The translations under genes and the position numbers were made by a program. A DNA stretch of 64,000 bases from Bigelowiella natans CCMP2755 (Eukaryota > Protista > Cercozoa), in NCBI GenBank assembly GCA_000320545.1, contig ADNK01000490.1, positions 78,429-142,428 on the forward strand. The letters are read 5' to 3'. Below are positions 27,784 to 46,669 of this stretch, one piece after another (the first letter of the stretch is position 1; the number at the start of each line of letters is the position of its first letter). The notes under the pieces are model-generated. The model made no database searches, was not told where the DNA came from, and saw nothing but the letters and a program-made list of their open reading frames with translations.

Positions 27784-28479
27784 CGCTATCAAGAATCTAT
27801 GACATTGGTTGGATAAGCTCGTACCAGTCAGCAGGTGCATGGCCATGCCTTGATGTCGAAGCCAGCTCACTATCCCAAAGGAGGATAGAGTACCTAGGAT
27901 TCGGCACCGACTGACTGCCCCTCTTTCTCAAACAATGCCTCGTTCTCTCTTTCGGTGCTGCTCCTAAGTACTCCTAAACAGCTCACGGGGGGGAATCCAT
28001 GGAGGACGACATAGACTCTACGATTGGCGGCGTTATTAGCAGTTACAACTCGTAGTTTACAATGTCAGTGACGGACAACAATAAATAACAGACCATTTCT
28101 TGCATTAATTTACTGTTTTTTAGTACCTGTGGATCCACGTGATTGTTGTCAGTGCAAATAGATCTAGATCTAGTTAAAAATACATCGTAGTTTCCCCCCT
28201 GAAATCTTTTAAAAATCACTCTTCAGAAATCATATCTAATGGATGATATCCGGATTACCAGAAATATTTCTTCACAAAAAATAAGGTATTTTCCGGAAGA
28301 ACATCTGGCCAAATAATACATGTACATTTAGTCTACGCTCATACCTGGACTACGAGCTCATTAAAATTTGAACCTTCTCGGCAATAACCTGGGTTTGGGT
28401 TCCGAACTTGTGGGATAAAATGAAGCGAACAGCGAACTGCCAACTGGTCCCAATTTTTCCCATGTTTCTACAACAAGGT

Positions 28480-31400
28480 CTGCAGATCTACGAGCTTAGA
28501 GAAGATGAATTGTAACTACTTATTCCGTCCATTCAAAAAAGTTGCATCCTCGCTTATTGCATAGAAATAAGATGAAAATTTTATGTGCGACAAAGGAATA
28601 GAGCTTAATTTGTTAGGAAACCCAGAGAAACCACAGACGAACAGTCAAACGGAATGGCGTCGATCACGTAGGAGGTTGGCCTAGAGTCGGTTTACATCGA
28701 TGTTGGGGATGGTTTTTTGAGTGTGGGAATCTAATAGTTAAGATAGAATTTCTGCTCTCCTATTCATACGCCATGAAGAAGGGGAGGATTGGATATCTTT
28801 TGTTGCAGCCGTAGTGGAGTCACGTGCTCATTCATAGTTTTCCAATTACTTATTTGGACCACAGACGCGTCTTGGGCTGACGCGTTGATTCCTGGCATAG
28901 AGATAACTGGCTTACGGAAGGAAGATTTCAATGCCATTCTTCTCCCCATCTTCCTCCATGGAGGGACCCCTACCGAGGGAAGGCGGGGAATTCCAATCGA
29001 ATGAGGACCTTTTGCCCTTAGCCCTTCAACATCGACCACCTCCTATCGGGCAATCTGAACTTGAAGGAAGTGATTCTGAATCAGACAGTGAAGCTCTTGA
29101 AAGGGGATGGGAAATAGAAAAGAATGACATTTTTCGAAGAAATGATAAGCCGTTGGGGGATGAGATGCTCGCGTTGATGTGTTCGGGAAGAATACAAGGA
29201 TGGGGTAACGCATCTTCCTTCTATCTTCTAAGTCGTATTTTCAATGATATTATCTACTTCTTTAAATATTGCGACACAGAGCCTGATGATGACGATTTCG
29301 CCGGTCATTTCCCCGGTGAAACGGAAGAGGATTTTGACGAACGTCAGGATATCAAAGCTTTCAAGCCTGTTTTGTGTGCCTATACAATTAAGGAAATGCT
29401 GCTGAAAGCTGGAGCGGTACCCTAGAAACGAGACGCTAGAACTGATACAATAAAACAATGAAGGCTTATCCAATTGACAAAATGAATTGTTGTTATATCT
29501 AGCCTCGAAAGAGAAGTGTGGGGAATACGACGGGGCGCAATGCATCCCCGGCATTTGGCTTCGGGAGATATAACTCAGCACACAACAACAACATTCAATC
29601 GAAATCCACCCCAGAGGACGAGGGTCTCTCTGAGGATCTGAAGGAAGCAGTGGAGCGGCTGCATTGCGTAGATCTTGATTTTAGAATACGAGGAAAAGAC
29701 CAGGTTGGAATATTTTTTTTTATGCGTGTTGTCGGTGGTTTTTAGTAGCTACAGCAGTGGACTTGTAGGGAACTTCTGAAATCTCTGATAAATAACTTGT
29801 TGCAGGCAATGCGTTTTGGAAACGTTGTTCCGACATCCATCTTTAGTTTTAAAAACATGAAAGCTTTCCCCAATGCCTCAAGTTCTCTCGCGGGCACTTA
29901 CTTTGGGTGGTCGTATTGGTTGAACTAGCTAAATTTCATCCTTCTAATAGACGTATTGTCTCACAAGCAACAACGCCGACACTTTTTTGATCTTCTCCCT
30001 GCTGCTTCCAGGTTCAAGATAAAGGGGGTATTCAAGAGCGACTCTGATGGGCGAAAGCATCTAGATATAAATTTTCTCTTTCCGAAGCCAACAAACCTCG
30101 ACGCCGCTGGTCTGCTATGTGCATTGTATAATGATAAAAAAAAAATGTTTCTCGTGGCAAACAAAAAGACAAAGTTGTCTCCAGTGAGTCTTTATCATTT
30201 AATTCGCATTCTGTCGCTTGTTGTCATCTTTTCTTTGCACGTATGGATCGATCGACCGTAAGAGAGAAGGGTTCTCCACCTAACCTTTCCTGGCATTTGC
30301 TAAATTTATGTGATCGGTTCCTGAAGTAGGTATGGTTTTCAGGTTTTACTAGAAAAGCCCTGCTAAGCGGACGACTTCCAGCCAGGGAGAGGACGCGCAG
30401 GAGACCACCCCCTCAGCAAGGGGGGGGCGCTAGCGCTACTACTACCGCGCAAAGGCGAAGATCTAAATCGAGGGCAAGATCAAAGTCGAGGAACCGAAAT
30501 GCAGACTTGAGAAAGAAGGTAGTCAGTAGCAGTTTCGAGGAGTGATAAAGTGATGTCATGATATTCCGAAATTGTCCTCGAAATGTGGAACGAACTCGCC
30601 GATGGTATTTATTTTCTTGGAAGTCGATCCTTGGCTATGTTGTAATGGCAGTATTAGTAGTAGGAAAGATGACATTTCGAACTAGAACCGTTATAGCGAA
30701 GAAGGCGATGGTGAAAAGCATACTTCAACTTCCTACCAATCTGCCGTTAGTGACACATTTGTAAAACTGCGGAGGAGGAAGGGAGGAGCCCTTTCCTCCT
30801 CCGCCATCGTTTCGTTGAAGTTTGATTGATTTACAAGCCTTATTACGTGCTGCTTCTCCCATAGGTTGCTGCTGTTGATTCCGTCGATCTAGCTAAGAAG
30901 GGAGAATCACAAATGCGGTATTAGCAAACTACTTAGAGAGAGAGGAGAAGAAGAAGAAGAAGAATAAGAAGTGTCAGAGCATTGATGTCACAACGATGAT
31001 GGGGCTGATAATGTTGATGATGATGTACTCTTTGTACCCTCTCCCTCGTAATCTCTTCTCATTTGCCTTACTACTACCGCAACAACTACCTCAACAACAA
31101 CAACGACGACGACGACGACAACAAAATGGATAGAAATCGGAAAGCAAGATTTGAAATTCTAAAATAATTTGTCCCGATTGTTCGACTTAAAATACTCTTT
31201 CCCCTTGAACCAGGGAATGGCTTGAGCGAAAGAATGCCAGGAAGATGAAAAGGTCTTATTATCCCTACGATCATTTCTCTGTACTACTACCGCAACGCAT
31301 TGTTTGCAATCTCCTACGTACATTAAGACCTTGGTGATGTTTTCTTTCCTGCGACACGGCATTGTAAGACAGAAGTCAGCCGTCTTTGCAGTACCGTTTT

Positions 31401-33190
31401 AGAAGACGTCGTAAATATCTTTGTTCTGAATGTTTTGAAGCCGAAATTCAACTAGTATCTTGCTCGTCTTAACGCTTCTCGTTCGTACGAATTATTTGTG
31501 CTACTGCAAAGATGGGGACGACCTTCGGCCTACAAGACGTTACCGGCACACGAAGTATCTCAAGATCAAGTAAGCAGTACTAGTTGTTGTGTTGTTGTTC
31601 AACAACTTGGCCATGCTATGGATAGATGGACTGCTTTTTTTGGTTTTGATAAATAATACATCTACAGTCTCTTTTATCCCTCGTTTCCTCTTTTCCTCCT
31701 CCTCCTCCTCCTCCTCCTCCTCCTTCTCATGGTATGATTTGAGTGACATCACCCACCATCGTGTACTGCTGCTACGTAGGATACTCAAATAGAAGCTGAC
31801 CGGTTGATAACGAGAATCGTGAAGAATCAAAACACCACTAGAGGCACGCCCAGAGGAGGTAAGAAAATCATTGCTCATCATCGCAAACCATGTCAAATGC
31901 GTGCAGCACATACCTTTCACGAATTGATAATGCGAACACATTGGATCTTTTCCGGTGGCAAAAAATATGTATATCTTATGTAGAGACTGCCATCGGTCCT
32001 ACCTGCATATGCAATACATTGATTCAATCCGAAAGGAGGGGATTTGTTTTACTCTGTTTCATTTTCAAAATTAAAAAATTTCTGTAAGCATGCATGGCGT
32101 GCATTTTCTCATCATCCCGAAGAACTAACTCTAATCGTTTAATATTGGTCTCGCGTTCGTCGTTGTGACCACCATCACAATCGCAGCGACTGGTAGGGGC
32201 TATACTCATAACTACCTCAACTACGTCAATGCACAGCAGCAGCAGCAGCAGCAGCAAAAACAACTCTCAGATAGCCGAGCTGGGGGAGCAGACAAAAAGC
32301 CGAAGCGAACCCTCGGCAAATCCCCGAGAAGAGACCAAAATCATCAAAACCAAAATGCTGCTGGCAAAAATAGAAGCAGCCATCACCAAGCTACCACTTC
32401 AACAACAACTACACCTACTACTACAACCACTACTACTAGTACTACTACTGCTAAAAGTGGTGACCAACAGCAGCAGCATCCACGTCCCCCCAAGGAGAAA
32501 AGGAAGAATCGATTCACAACGGGGGCACGGGTAAGATCAGGTAGTATGGTCAGAGGCCAGAGGAGAAAGCATAGAAGCAATACCAGCAGTAGCAATCGGT
32601 CAAGCAGTAGCAACGGTAGTAGTAACGGTGGTGGTGGTGGTAGCGGTCGTAGTAGTAGCAGGAGAGCTGCTGACACGCAAGGCGATGTTTACTACAAAGC
32701 TATAATACCAAGAGCCATATCGATGGGCGTTGGGCACAACGAAAATAGCAGCTACAACAACAGCAATTGCCTTGCAGGGGGGGAGGGTGGCCCTGCCGCT
32801 GCCGCTGCTAGGGGATGCAATGTGGAGGCCAAGGGAAGAAGCTCTACCCCCCCTTACAACCACCCTTTCCACCTGAAAACGGATAGTACTGCAACTAATA
32901 GTGACACGAATGGCATTACCACGGAGGCAGCAGCAGCAGCAGCAGCATCAGAAATGCCTAAAAGTGGGAGGGTCGCTAGCTTGAATTTCAATTCGATCCC
33001 CAAATGGGACAACTACAATTTTGTGGCTGGAGGAGGAGGAAGTGCTTCTCAGAAGCATCTTCACGAGCAAAATACGCCTTCTAGTGGTGGGAGGGTCAAA
33101 CAAAAATATCAGCAACACCAACAACATCGCTCTGCCACTCTTGCCGCCGCTCGAAAGCCATACACCCGCCTCAAAGGTTTGATGTGGAAG

Positions 33191-33231
<41 letters not shown>

Positions 33232-33800
33232 TGTAGAGAGAGAGAGAGAAAGAGGAAGAGAGAGATTGATTGATCCACAGCTTCGTTATCCTTCCTTTCA
33301 ATATCGTGGCCAGATCAACCCGCAGGAGGCAAATCAGCCGCCACAGCAACAGCAACTGCCACAGGGTATTGCAGTGTATTGTATTGTACTGAATAGCCAT
33401 TATTAGGCTACTCAGTTTGATGATGATGATGATGACGATGATGGACGATGACTGCCACAAAGAAACAATATCGAGATAGATGCGAGACGACAGCATGTCT
33501 TTGCTTTTGCTTACATATCTGTTTGTGCTAGTACTTGTACTCCACGGGGCAGGCCATCATCGTTATCGTCATCATCCTCCGAGATGTACGCTTACGCCTC
33601 AAAAGGGGGGGGACCACCATCTGGGCGGAAGCATCAGCAGCAACAGGCTCCTATAAATCACCACTACAACCATCGACAATATCTCCATCATCATCATTCT
33701 CCCGTATGTAACCTAACTTGTTTAATTTTCTCAAAGGGATCATGAGCACACACATATCTTTGTTTCTCACCTTGAATATGTGTCTCCTCTCCGTCATTGA

Positions 33801-33843
<43 letters not shown>

Positions 33844-33951
33844 CTCTCTCTCTCCTCTTCTTCTCTATTCTGTACGCCTCTCACCCGATAGATGAAGACG
33901 AAATACCAGCAGCATTCGGGCAAGTTTCCATCGCTCACAGGAGGCCACTCG

Positions 33952-33982
<31 letters not shown>

Positions 33983-34497
33983 CCTGCTACTGCTGCTCCT
34001 GCTGCTACCACTACTACTGCCAGTATTAGAAGCATCATCACAACTTGTTCGCAGTTATTCACTTACCAGGGACTAAATATTCTTCATCATTATTTTAAGC
34101 AGCGCTAAATCCTCCATCGCCCATGTCTTGATCGGAAGGCAGCTTACCTCCGCGGTCTCGCTAGTAGTAATTAGTAGTTACTTCATGTGGAAATCTAAAA
34201 AAACAACCTCATCATCGGTTTACGAAGCTACATATTTTTGCCTAAAAATACAGAGAAAGGGTGCGCTCATTCGTCGCAAGAAGTGATGATTAACGTATTC
34301 TTCCTCATCCTCCTCCCATTGCTCAGGTGGATCGGATGGGACAATCGTCTATGGGGCTATCATCAAAGAAGCTTGCATCGAGGTTGTGCCTCCTGCTGCT
34401 CCTGCTGCTGCTACTAATGCCATTTGTTAGTTGATTAGGGACCGTTTGATTGATGTACTTCATTAAGTTCCCTTCGTTTCCTCATACCAATTTACCA

Positions 34498-34551
<54 letters not shown>

Positions 34552-34900
34552 ATATGTAAACACAAATCATCATGCCGATTCCTCAGCGACAATGGCCACT
34601 CTGCCTCAACTTCTAGACTATTTAGGGGTAAGTATATTTCATCCAAATTTGATATGATCTTCGTTGGTGTGCCTCACCTCAATGACCGTAACAGCGCTAC
34701 AAAATGACGTCAAATTACTTTCAGGTGCGAAATCCATTTCGACTGCAAAGCTACGATTTCTACCGAAAAGCCGTACAGACAGCACAGGAGGTAGTTCCTT
34801 CTCTGCAGATGCATTACCAGTAGTTGAACACATTTTCTTTTCATAGGCCGCTCAAAGGCTCGTTTGGAAAAGCGACAGCAAGAACTTTACAATGCTTTAT
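28480..34900 (+). CDS. Large hypothetical low-complexity protein (possibly two genes), multi-exon
   Basis: Coding-like exons at 28931-29425 and 29956-30184, short exons at 31213-31858, and a long Q/S/T/G-rich exon at about 32187-33177. No domain recognised. Confidence 0.35.
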
Positions 34901-35544
34901 TTAGAGACAAGACTTGACTTGATGCGCCACGAACTCGCCTGTCTCTGTTTACATAACAATGTATAAACCTGCAACCAAGTTCTCAATGAATTTGTTATAG
35001 TTCGCACATATGATATGCTTTACGTATGCTAGCATGGTGGTAAACCCAACTTACTCAAAGTCTTTAGCAATATGATACACGCATACTAGCATAATGCTAT
35101 GTCATTCTCGCAGGGAAATCTGCCTGGTTGCTTTGTTATGTTGGTTGAATTCCATTCGCTTGCATGGGCGATGGTTGCGCAAAACGTACCGCTAGGCGTA
35201 TAGCAACAGAATCTATTGCAATATCTAATTATAATGTGGATCGGATGTGCAACGCATGACCTAACTAAGCGAGGCGTTGCTTGCCAGCCCCTAGCCAGCC
35301 ACCATGCACGTAGCACAGCAACTTAAACTTAGTTTGGATCGTCCCGCGCGTGAATGACACGATGCGCGCATTTACACATACATGTGATGCATATCCATAA
35401 CTAGATAATGCAATCAGTCGCATTATTGATTAAATACTGCTCCGCATTGATTAAATCTACGCAATGCCACGCACACGCGTGTTTAGTCCACGTCGCTGTC
35501 GTCAGATTTTAAAAATTATCGTGAATGCTAACGCAGCCCAAATT

Positions 35545-40651
<5,107 letters not shown>

Positions 40652-40929
40652 TTAAAGTGAAAAGCATTCTCATTGTGGGTGTTCGTTGCTTCCAAATCCT
40701 GAGTCAAAATCTCGAACTACCATGCTCACCACTTCCCCATTCTACCATCCCATCACTAGCTAAACTCGGTCCATATACCCATCAAGGTAGAGGGTGTGCG
40801 GACAACAGTGCTTTGTTATCAGCGTGGCAGGCAGATCTGTCGTTGGTCGCTATGCTGTTCCCGATTCTTCTTTTCTTCTCGATTTTTTACCTGTGACAAA
40901 CGTAAATTGTTGTCGTTTCATTGCCTTAA

Positions 40930-41940
40930 AGAATCGAAACAATTCCAGATTTTCGTTCTGCGACACTGGATTGATTCCTCCTTCTCTCACCTCCTCGTTG
41001 CCGACGTGTGTTTGACGGAATCACTTCTTGCTGCGTCCTCGCAGCCATGCGCGTCAATTTTGCCCATGCTGGTTTTCACACCAGAGAGTCCTCATTGTTT
41101 TCAGCTCGAGGCACTACATTTCGCACTTTGCTAGTGTCATGCAATGGTTGGAAATGTGGTCGATCAACAAAGTTTCTTTCTTTCACGATCGACAGAGCTT
41201 CCACATCGACCTTTTGTCAAGTCCCCACGTCCGGTCTACGTTGAGTGCATGGCTGCTCCGCTTTCCCAGCTGCTTGAGGCGCGACCACTTTGTCAGAAGT
41301 GCGTTTGTGCACGTCTTGTTGGAGTGTCGAAGTGAACACGAATTGACGACCTTGAACCTTTCAGCCTTGGATCTTGACTTTGACACTTTGGCACGTTGCA
41401 CCGCGCTGGGCCATTTGGAATCACTTCACTCATTCATTGATTTACCTGTTCATGGTTGCCGCTTCTTCTCCTTCTTCTTCTTCTTCTTCTTCTTCTTCTT
41501 CTTCTGCTTCTTCATCATCTTCTTGATTGCAAAGCGCAAGGTGGAACTTGGTGCACTACTTTTTGTGGTTCTGTGAACGCAACAAACTGCAACATTCGAA
41601 CCACTTGATTCGCGCACTCATCAATGGGATTCATCAGTCTCCAATCATTTGTTGTGTGAGTGATCGAATGGGTGATTTCCAACAGGATGCAGCACACACA
41701 CATGCACAGTGCAGGCGAGCAGCAGGGGAATCATCAAACCCCAACGGGCTAGCGGGTGTGAGATGTGAGACCAAGTTGCCTGGGAGGGGACCGTTCACGT
41801 CTGAGTCGCCACAGCAACATCTAGAACATAACCATGCACAGGCAGGAAACAAACTTGCGGCACTCCATCTCTCTTGTCAATGCTTTTGAACATGCACGCA
41901 CGATCTGGATCATGCTAGCATGCATGGCTGGCTCGGATGA
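40930..41940. other. TpA-depleted intergenic island
   Basis: About 9 TA in 1 kb, about 7 of them in CTA context. Confidence 0.9.
40940..41440 (+). mobile_element. Degenerate repeat, possibly a non-LTR retrotransposon 3' end
   Basis: Encodes a HVLLEC motif resembling a LINE C-terminal zinc knuckle and ends in TTGGAATCACTTCA(C/T)TCATTCATT, which is shared 23/24 with 25686-25709. Confidence 0.35.
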
Positions 41941-42272
41941 GTCGTATTTTGATCGAATGAGCATCGCAAGATGCGAGCCCGTGCTAGTTTCAGTAGATCA
42001 CAACATGCGATGTAGCTAGGAAAAACTATGCCTAGATGTAAACATCACTTTGGATTGATGAGACTAACTTTCTTCTGTAACCATGCAAAAAATACATGAA
42101 AAACATCAATGACAATGGTTTATGCCGCGTGTCTAGTTCGACTCTTGCTGCAGCATGCTACCCCATGAAGTGGATGCTCGAATGCGAGTTGCTCGAAACC
42201 TAGTTTGTCCATGAAATTGGTCTTTGGTGTCAGTGTCATAGATGATTAACTATTAGCACAAGTAGCGAGCTG

Positions 42273-43213
42273 CTATTCGAAGACTGCAGCGTATACCGGT
42301 CCCTGGACATACTTCGTTGGATCTCCAGAGCGATTCTGAATCAGTCCATACATTTGGCCATCAAATCCTCTGAAGTTTACCTGCAATCTCCGGTCGGGCC
42401 GCATTAGTACCGATGCAGCGCTTGTTGGAAAGGGGGCGTGATTGCTGAAATATTGCTTGTCACAGTCCGGGTCGGCGACGCAGCTGATGCACCACGGGCA
42501 GTCCTCTGGCGAGACTGCCGGACACATGCACGTACCCTCGCGCGCCTTGGAGAAGGAGAGAGGATCTTTCGGGTCTTGCTGATAGATTTGCCATAAGTCA
42601 ATAAATTCCGACATTCGTGCGAATACTTCGATCTGCCCATTCGCATTCACGGCTGCCGCAGGGTCAGTGTCAAATGTTAGGGAAGCATTGGGAGTAAGAC
42701 AATGCCATTTGCTGAACGGTACCGAGTCCGTTATCTGCACAGTTGAAGTGGAACGAATGAGATCGATGACAGCATCAATATCATGATTTTTATTGTAATT
42801 GTAAAATTTTAATCGTGTAATTTATACACATATACATGTGTGCATACGGCATTATACACGTACACCGCGATGTTCCGCACGAAAAATACAAGTGAAGTTT
42901 TGAATTTGCGCAGTTGTTACAAAAATATTCTGGAAGGAAACAAATAATATAAACTCAGTCGCTTATACTCGAAAACCACGAAGTAAGGAAGTTAGCTCAC
43001 CTTTGAAGCGTTGCCTATCTGAAACTTGTGGAAGAGAGATTGGTTCTTTCCGAGCGCGAAAACGTGCAGGCCGTAATGCGGGTTAAATACTTGAGCCCAT
43101 ACTTGGTTCTCGATGTGAGATGGATCGAGAACAGAGTTGTTGTAAGCACTTTTATTTGCCCTCCCGACAGCGGCGAGGAAAGCGAAGAGGGTAGGCACTA
43201 GTCGCAGCGGCAT
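42273..43213 (-). CDS. Secreted protein with PLL-like (fucose-lectin-type) beta-propeller repeats, 2 exons
   Basis: Signal MPLRLVPTLFAFLAAVG. Repeats LHVFALGKNQSLFHKFQ, DPAAAVNANGQIEVFAR..LWQIYQ, ASVLMRPDRRLQVNFRGFDGQMY. Intron at about 42738-43000. Confidence 0.65.
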
Positions 43214-43259
43214 TGAACGGATGGATATTTTGGGAGATTATCCGAAGATCTCGATAATA

Positions 43260-43764
43260 GGGTGTGATCCACGGATTGATTTTGGATGGATATCGTCGAT
43301 TTCCGACCCCATAAAAATTCGGTAAGTACTTTTAAAATTTCGCGCGGTCGAATTTCGTGAGCAAGAACTTGCCTTACTCAGGAATTCCGTACGGGTTTGC
43401 TCGACGATTTCCGTCCATGAGGAAAAAGACATGAGTTTCAGATATGCGACAACTACATTGACATTCTTTTTTTTTTTAATAAAAATGATTAGATCTCGTC
43501 TGTATGACACGATACTAACGATATCGTACATATAAAATCGAGTATTGGGTTCTCATCTTTCGTAGGATGGCGAACAGGGTCGTAATGGATGAATTTAAAA
43601 TGTGTTGTCGCACTGTGCAAAATCAATGCGAAATGACTGTGTTTAGTTTTCAACAATTTCCGTCCGTGGAAGACCATTATAAGCTCACGAAGGTGCACCG
43701 GAAATCATCGAAATCCATCCTGGACGGATTTCGTCGATGGATTTCCAAACGGTGGATCACACCC
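43260..43764. mobile_element. MITE 1 (505 bp) with 13-bp perfect TIR and TA flanks
   Basis: ta|GGGTGTGATCCAC ... GTGGATCACACCC|ta, with additional subterminal inverted similarity (GGATGGATnTCGnnGATTTCCG). Confidence 0.7.
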
Positions 43765-44084
43765 TAAATTGTCGAGGGGCCGTAGGATAGGGGAAAAAAA
43801 AATTCGGAGAATTGTTTTCGGCCATGCAGTGTGACAGGCCTTGTCGCGAAAATCGTTTTCTACTGTAGCCCAGTGCGACGAGATGTCACTTTTTTGGCCA
43901 TCCACATTCCTATCTACAGGCTGTACCGAGGAACAGTCCATGCAGTTCACATAAGGAGATGATGGTAATTTCCGAGAGTGTCCGATAGTGTCCGATAGTG
44001 TCCGAAGTTTGTTTGTGTCTCGTTTTATTAAAGATTCGAATTCCAATCCAATTGGATGCGACATGGCAAATTTGTAATTGATTA

Positions 44085-44442
44085 CCCCCGTTTTCAGGTT
44101 TGGCATATTCGTCAGATTTTTATGCCGGCATAATTTCTGCCGAACTCCGTTCATTTTCAGGTTGTGATTTTGATTACGAAAAGAAAAAAAATCACGGAAT
44201 ATTTTAATGATAGCAATAAAAATTCATGACTATTCGAGCCAGATCGATGAATCCCGGTAGGCTCCCGGGCAGAGTCCGATTTTCACCTTTCTGGCATGGG
44301 AAAACACACCCAACTTCTGACGGCATAATCCCGGGGATTATGCCGGTAAATAACGGGAATGCCGGAAGCCCCGATGGCATTTTAGGTGATATCATTTTTC
44401 GGCATAAAATCTGACGATCTTTTGCAAACCTGAAAAAGGGGG
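44085..44442. mobile_element. MITE 2 (358 bp) with ~43-bp imperfect TIR and TA flanks
   Basis: ta|CCCCCGTTTTCAGGTTTGGCATATTCGTCAGATTTTTATGCCG ... CGGCATAAAATCTGACGATCTTTTGCAAACCTGAAAAAGGGGG|ta, plus internal palindromes at 44120-44133 and 44321-44345. Confidence 0.75.
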
Positions 44443-45204
44443 TAACGTGAATTCTCGCGTTCAAGGTGTTCTGATCTGTGAAATCTCTGATGAGTACAAT
44501 TGATCTGTGATGAGAATCACGTGCAGCAACTACGTCCGAACTCTGCTATTTCATGTCGTAAGCGTGAAATATTCCATATCGTATCTATGAAACATATCCC
44601 ATTTGCAAAATAGCGAGGAGGGTAGTTCCACGCCAGCCTCTTGCACACGTTGCGAAACCCAATGGATGGTTCACCAGTACGAAACGATTCATCCCCACCC
44701 AACCAAATCTCTCAGTATCTTCATCCTTGGTCGATAGGAAGGATGCAAAGAAGAAGAAAACTACCCCAATCTGCTTGCAGTGTGTCGGATATCTGTCCGC
44801 CTGACAACACAAAACACAAGAAGAGTAAGATTTTATTTTGATGCATGTATCTTTGTGATGTATCATGTTGTGATGGGGGGAAAATGAAATACTTCAACTC
44901 CATGAAGGCTTCACATGAACGCTAACATAAAGATATTGAACATGCCAGGATATCTTGTATCCACGGAGACTGGTACACCCTCTGTATCTCTGAAAGTCAA
45001 TTTAACGTCCAATGAACTAGCTTCGTGCGATAGTCCTCACAGTAGGCTAAGAAAAAGGAGGAGGATGTACGAAAAATCTGCAACAAATCTTGATTGGCTA
45101 ATCTGTAATATCTCTCCCCTTAAATGCCCTCAGAAACGCCACCATAAAACACGAGCGTGTTGATATAGGAACTTCTCAGAGGCAGAGACAGAAGATACAC
45201 GCAG

Positions 45205-46476
45205 ATGAGAGGGGGTAAATTCACAATGGTAGCACTCAATCAAAACTTTTTCACCGATTTATGTAACCTTTTACGCAGAAACGAAGAGCAGAAAAGGGAA
45301 ATGCTTGCGCAATTTAGTGAGATGAGCTCGCATTACAATAGAAGGCATCACTCAACCTATGTCCGCCAGGATTCTGTTTTTCCATTGCAACTTTCTGCGC
45401 CATATCTTGCTCCTCGAATGCGAATGCCTATAGTTTATCCACTGCGTCACATACCCTATTTTGGTATGCATACACTTGGAGAAGTACACGTTGATCATCC
45501 AGCTCTCCCCCCTCAAAATTTTTATTTCATTTCCCCACATCAACAATCATACGTTTCGATACCACCAGTTCTCCTTAAAACTCACCCAAATCCTGCGACT
45601 TGGTCGCAAGAAAGAAGCCTACCCCAAGATTTTCAGATTAAGCATGCTCCAAATCATTACTGCTCCTCAAGCAGTCACGAAATTTATCCGCCACCCCATA
45701 TCCCCCACTCTATCCATGCTCGTGTCGCCCACACCCCAGCCACGGCCCCACCCACCTCTTACCTTCCCACCTCTTCAGTATCAAGGCAATATTCGGAAGG
45801 AAGAGAGAAACAGGCCTCAATGGCAAATTCTGGCAGTAGTAATGGCGGCCATAGCCAATATTCTCATCTGTCGTTACCAGATGGCGAAGGGAATGTTGTC
45901 GGTCCGAAAAATTTCGCTGTGAAGACTATTCCCCCTGTTACTATGCCTTCGCAAACAGTCAAGAATTTACCGAACGTACTGCTTGGAATGTGTGACAGAT
46001 TCACCGAAAAAAAGGGGGGTTACGCCGACGTAGCGGAGGATTCACAGGGTGGACTTTTCATCGTAAATCATCATTCGAAGGAAGTGCAATCAATCCGTCC
46101 ACAAGCAGAAGAAACTCCATCATCTTCCGGTCGTAGTGCAAACAGCTTTGGAGTGCCTGATCAAATTCGAACAGTTCAAATTTTCAATAAGCATTCCGGT
46201 AAAATGCACAATGAACCTTCCTAATAATCTGGCATCCATTGTTACTGACAAGCGATCACTCGCATATGTTCTGTGAAAGGTCGTTACAACTTGCGGTATG
46301 TTTGTTCGGTATGTGGATCTATGAAAGCTGGCAAATGTCACATTCTGTCGCATCTGCGATCTCACACAGGAGAGCAACCATTCAAATGCACGATTTGCAG
46401 TCGAAGGTTTGCGCACAAATCGAATTGTGTTAGGCACCTCTTGCATATGCATGGTGTGAAAATCCCATCATGTTAG
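45205..46476 (+). CDS. C2H2 zinc-finger transcription factor (two fingers) with long P/S/H-rich N-terminus
   Basis: An intron at 46199-46279 joins ORF 45205 in frame to YVCSVCGSMKAGKCHILSHLRSHTGEQPFKCTICSRRFAHKSNCVRHLLHMH. Confidence 0.85.
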
Positions 46477-46669
46477 ACAAGTAGCAGAGCTTGTCTGGAC
46501 TAAATGAAATTGATAGACTTGACAAAGAAGTGTGAAAATTCATTTTAGAAAATCTCTGGTTTACAAAATAATGATAGAATTTAGACATGACGATGAAAAC
46601 TTAAACATTGTTTCTTTTCTTGATCCTTCGTCGCACCTAAACACCAAGGTCTTAAAACCTTAACTTACA

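Noticed and set aside
41028-41889. 182-aa and 120-aa ORFs
   Set aside because: Same stop-codon depletion artefact. At most a decayed TE remnant.
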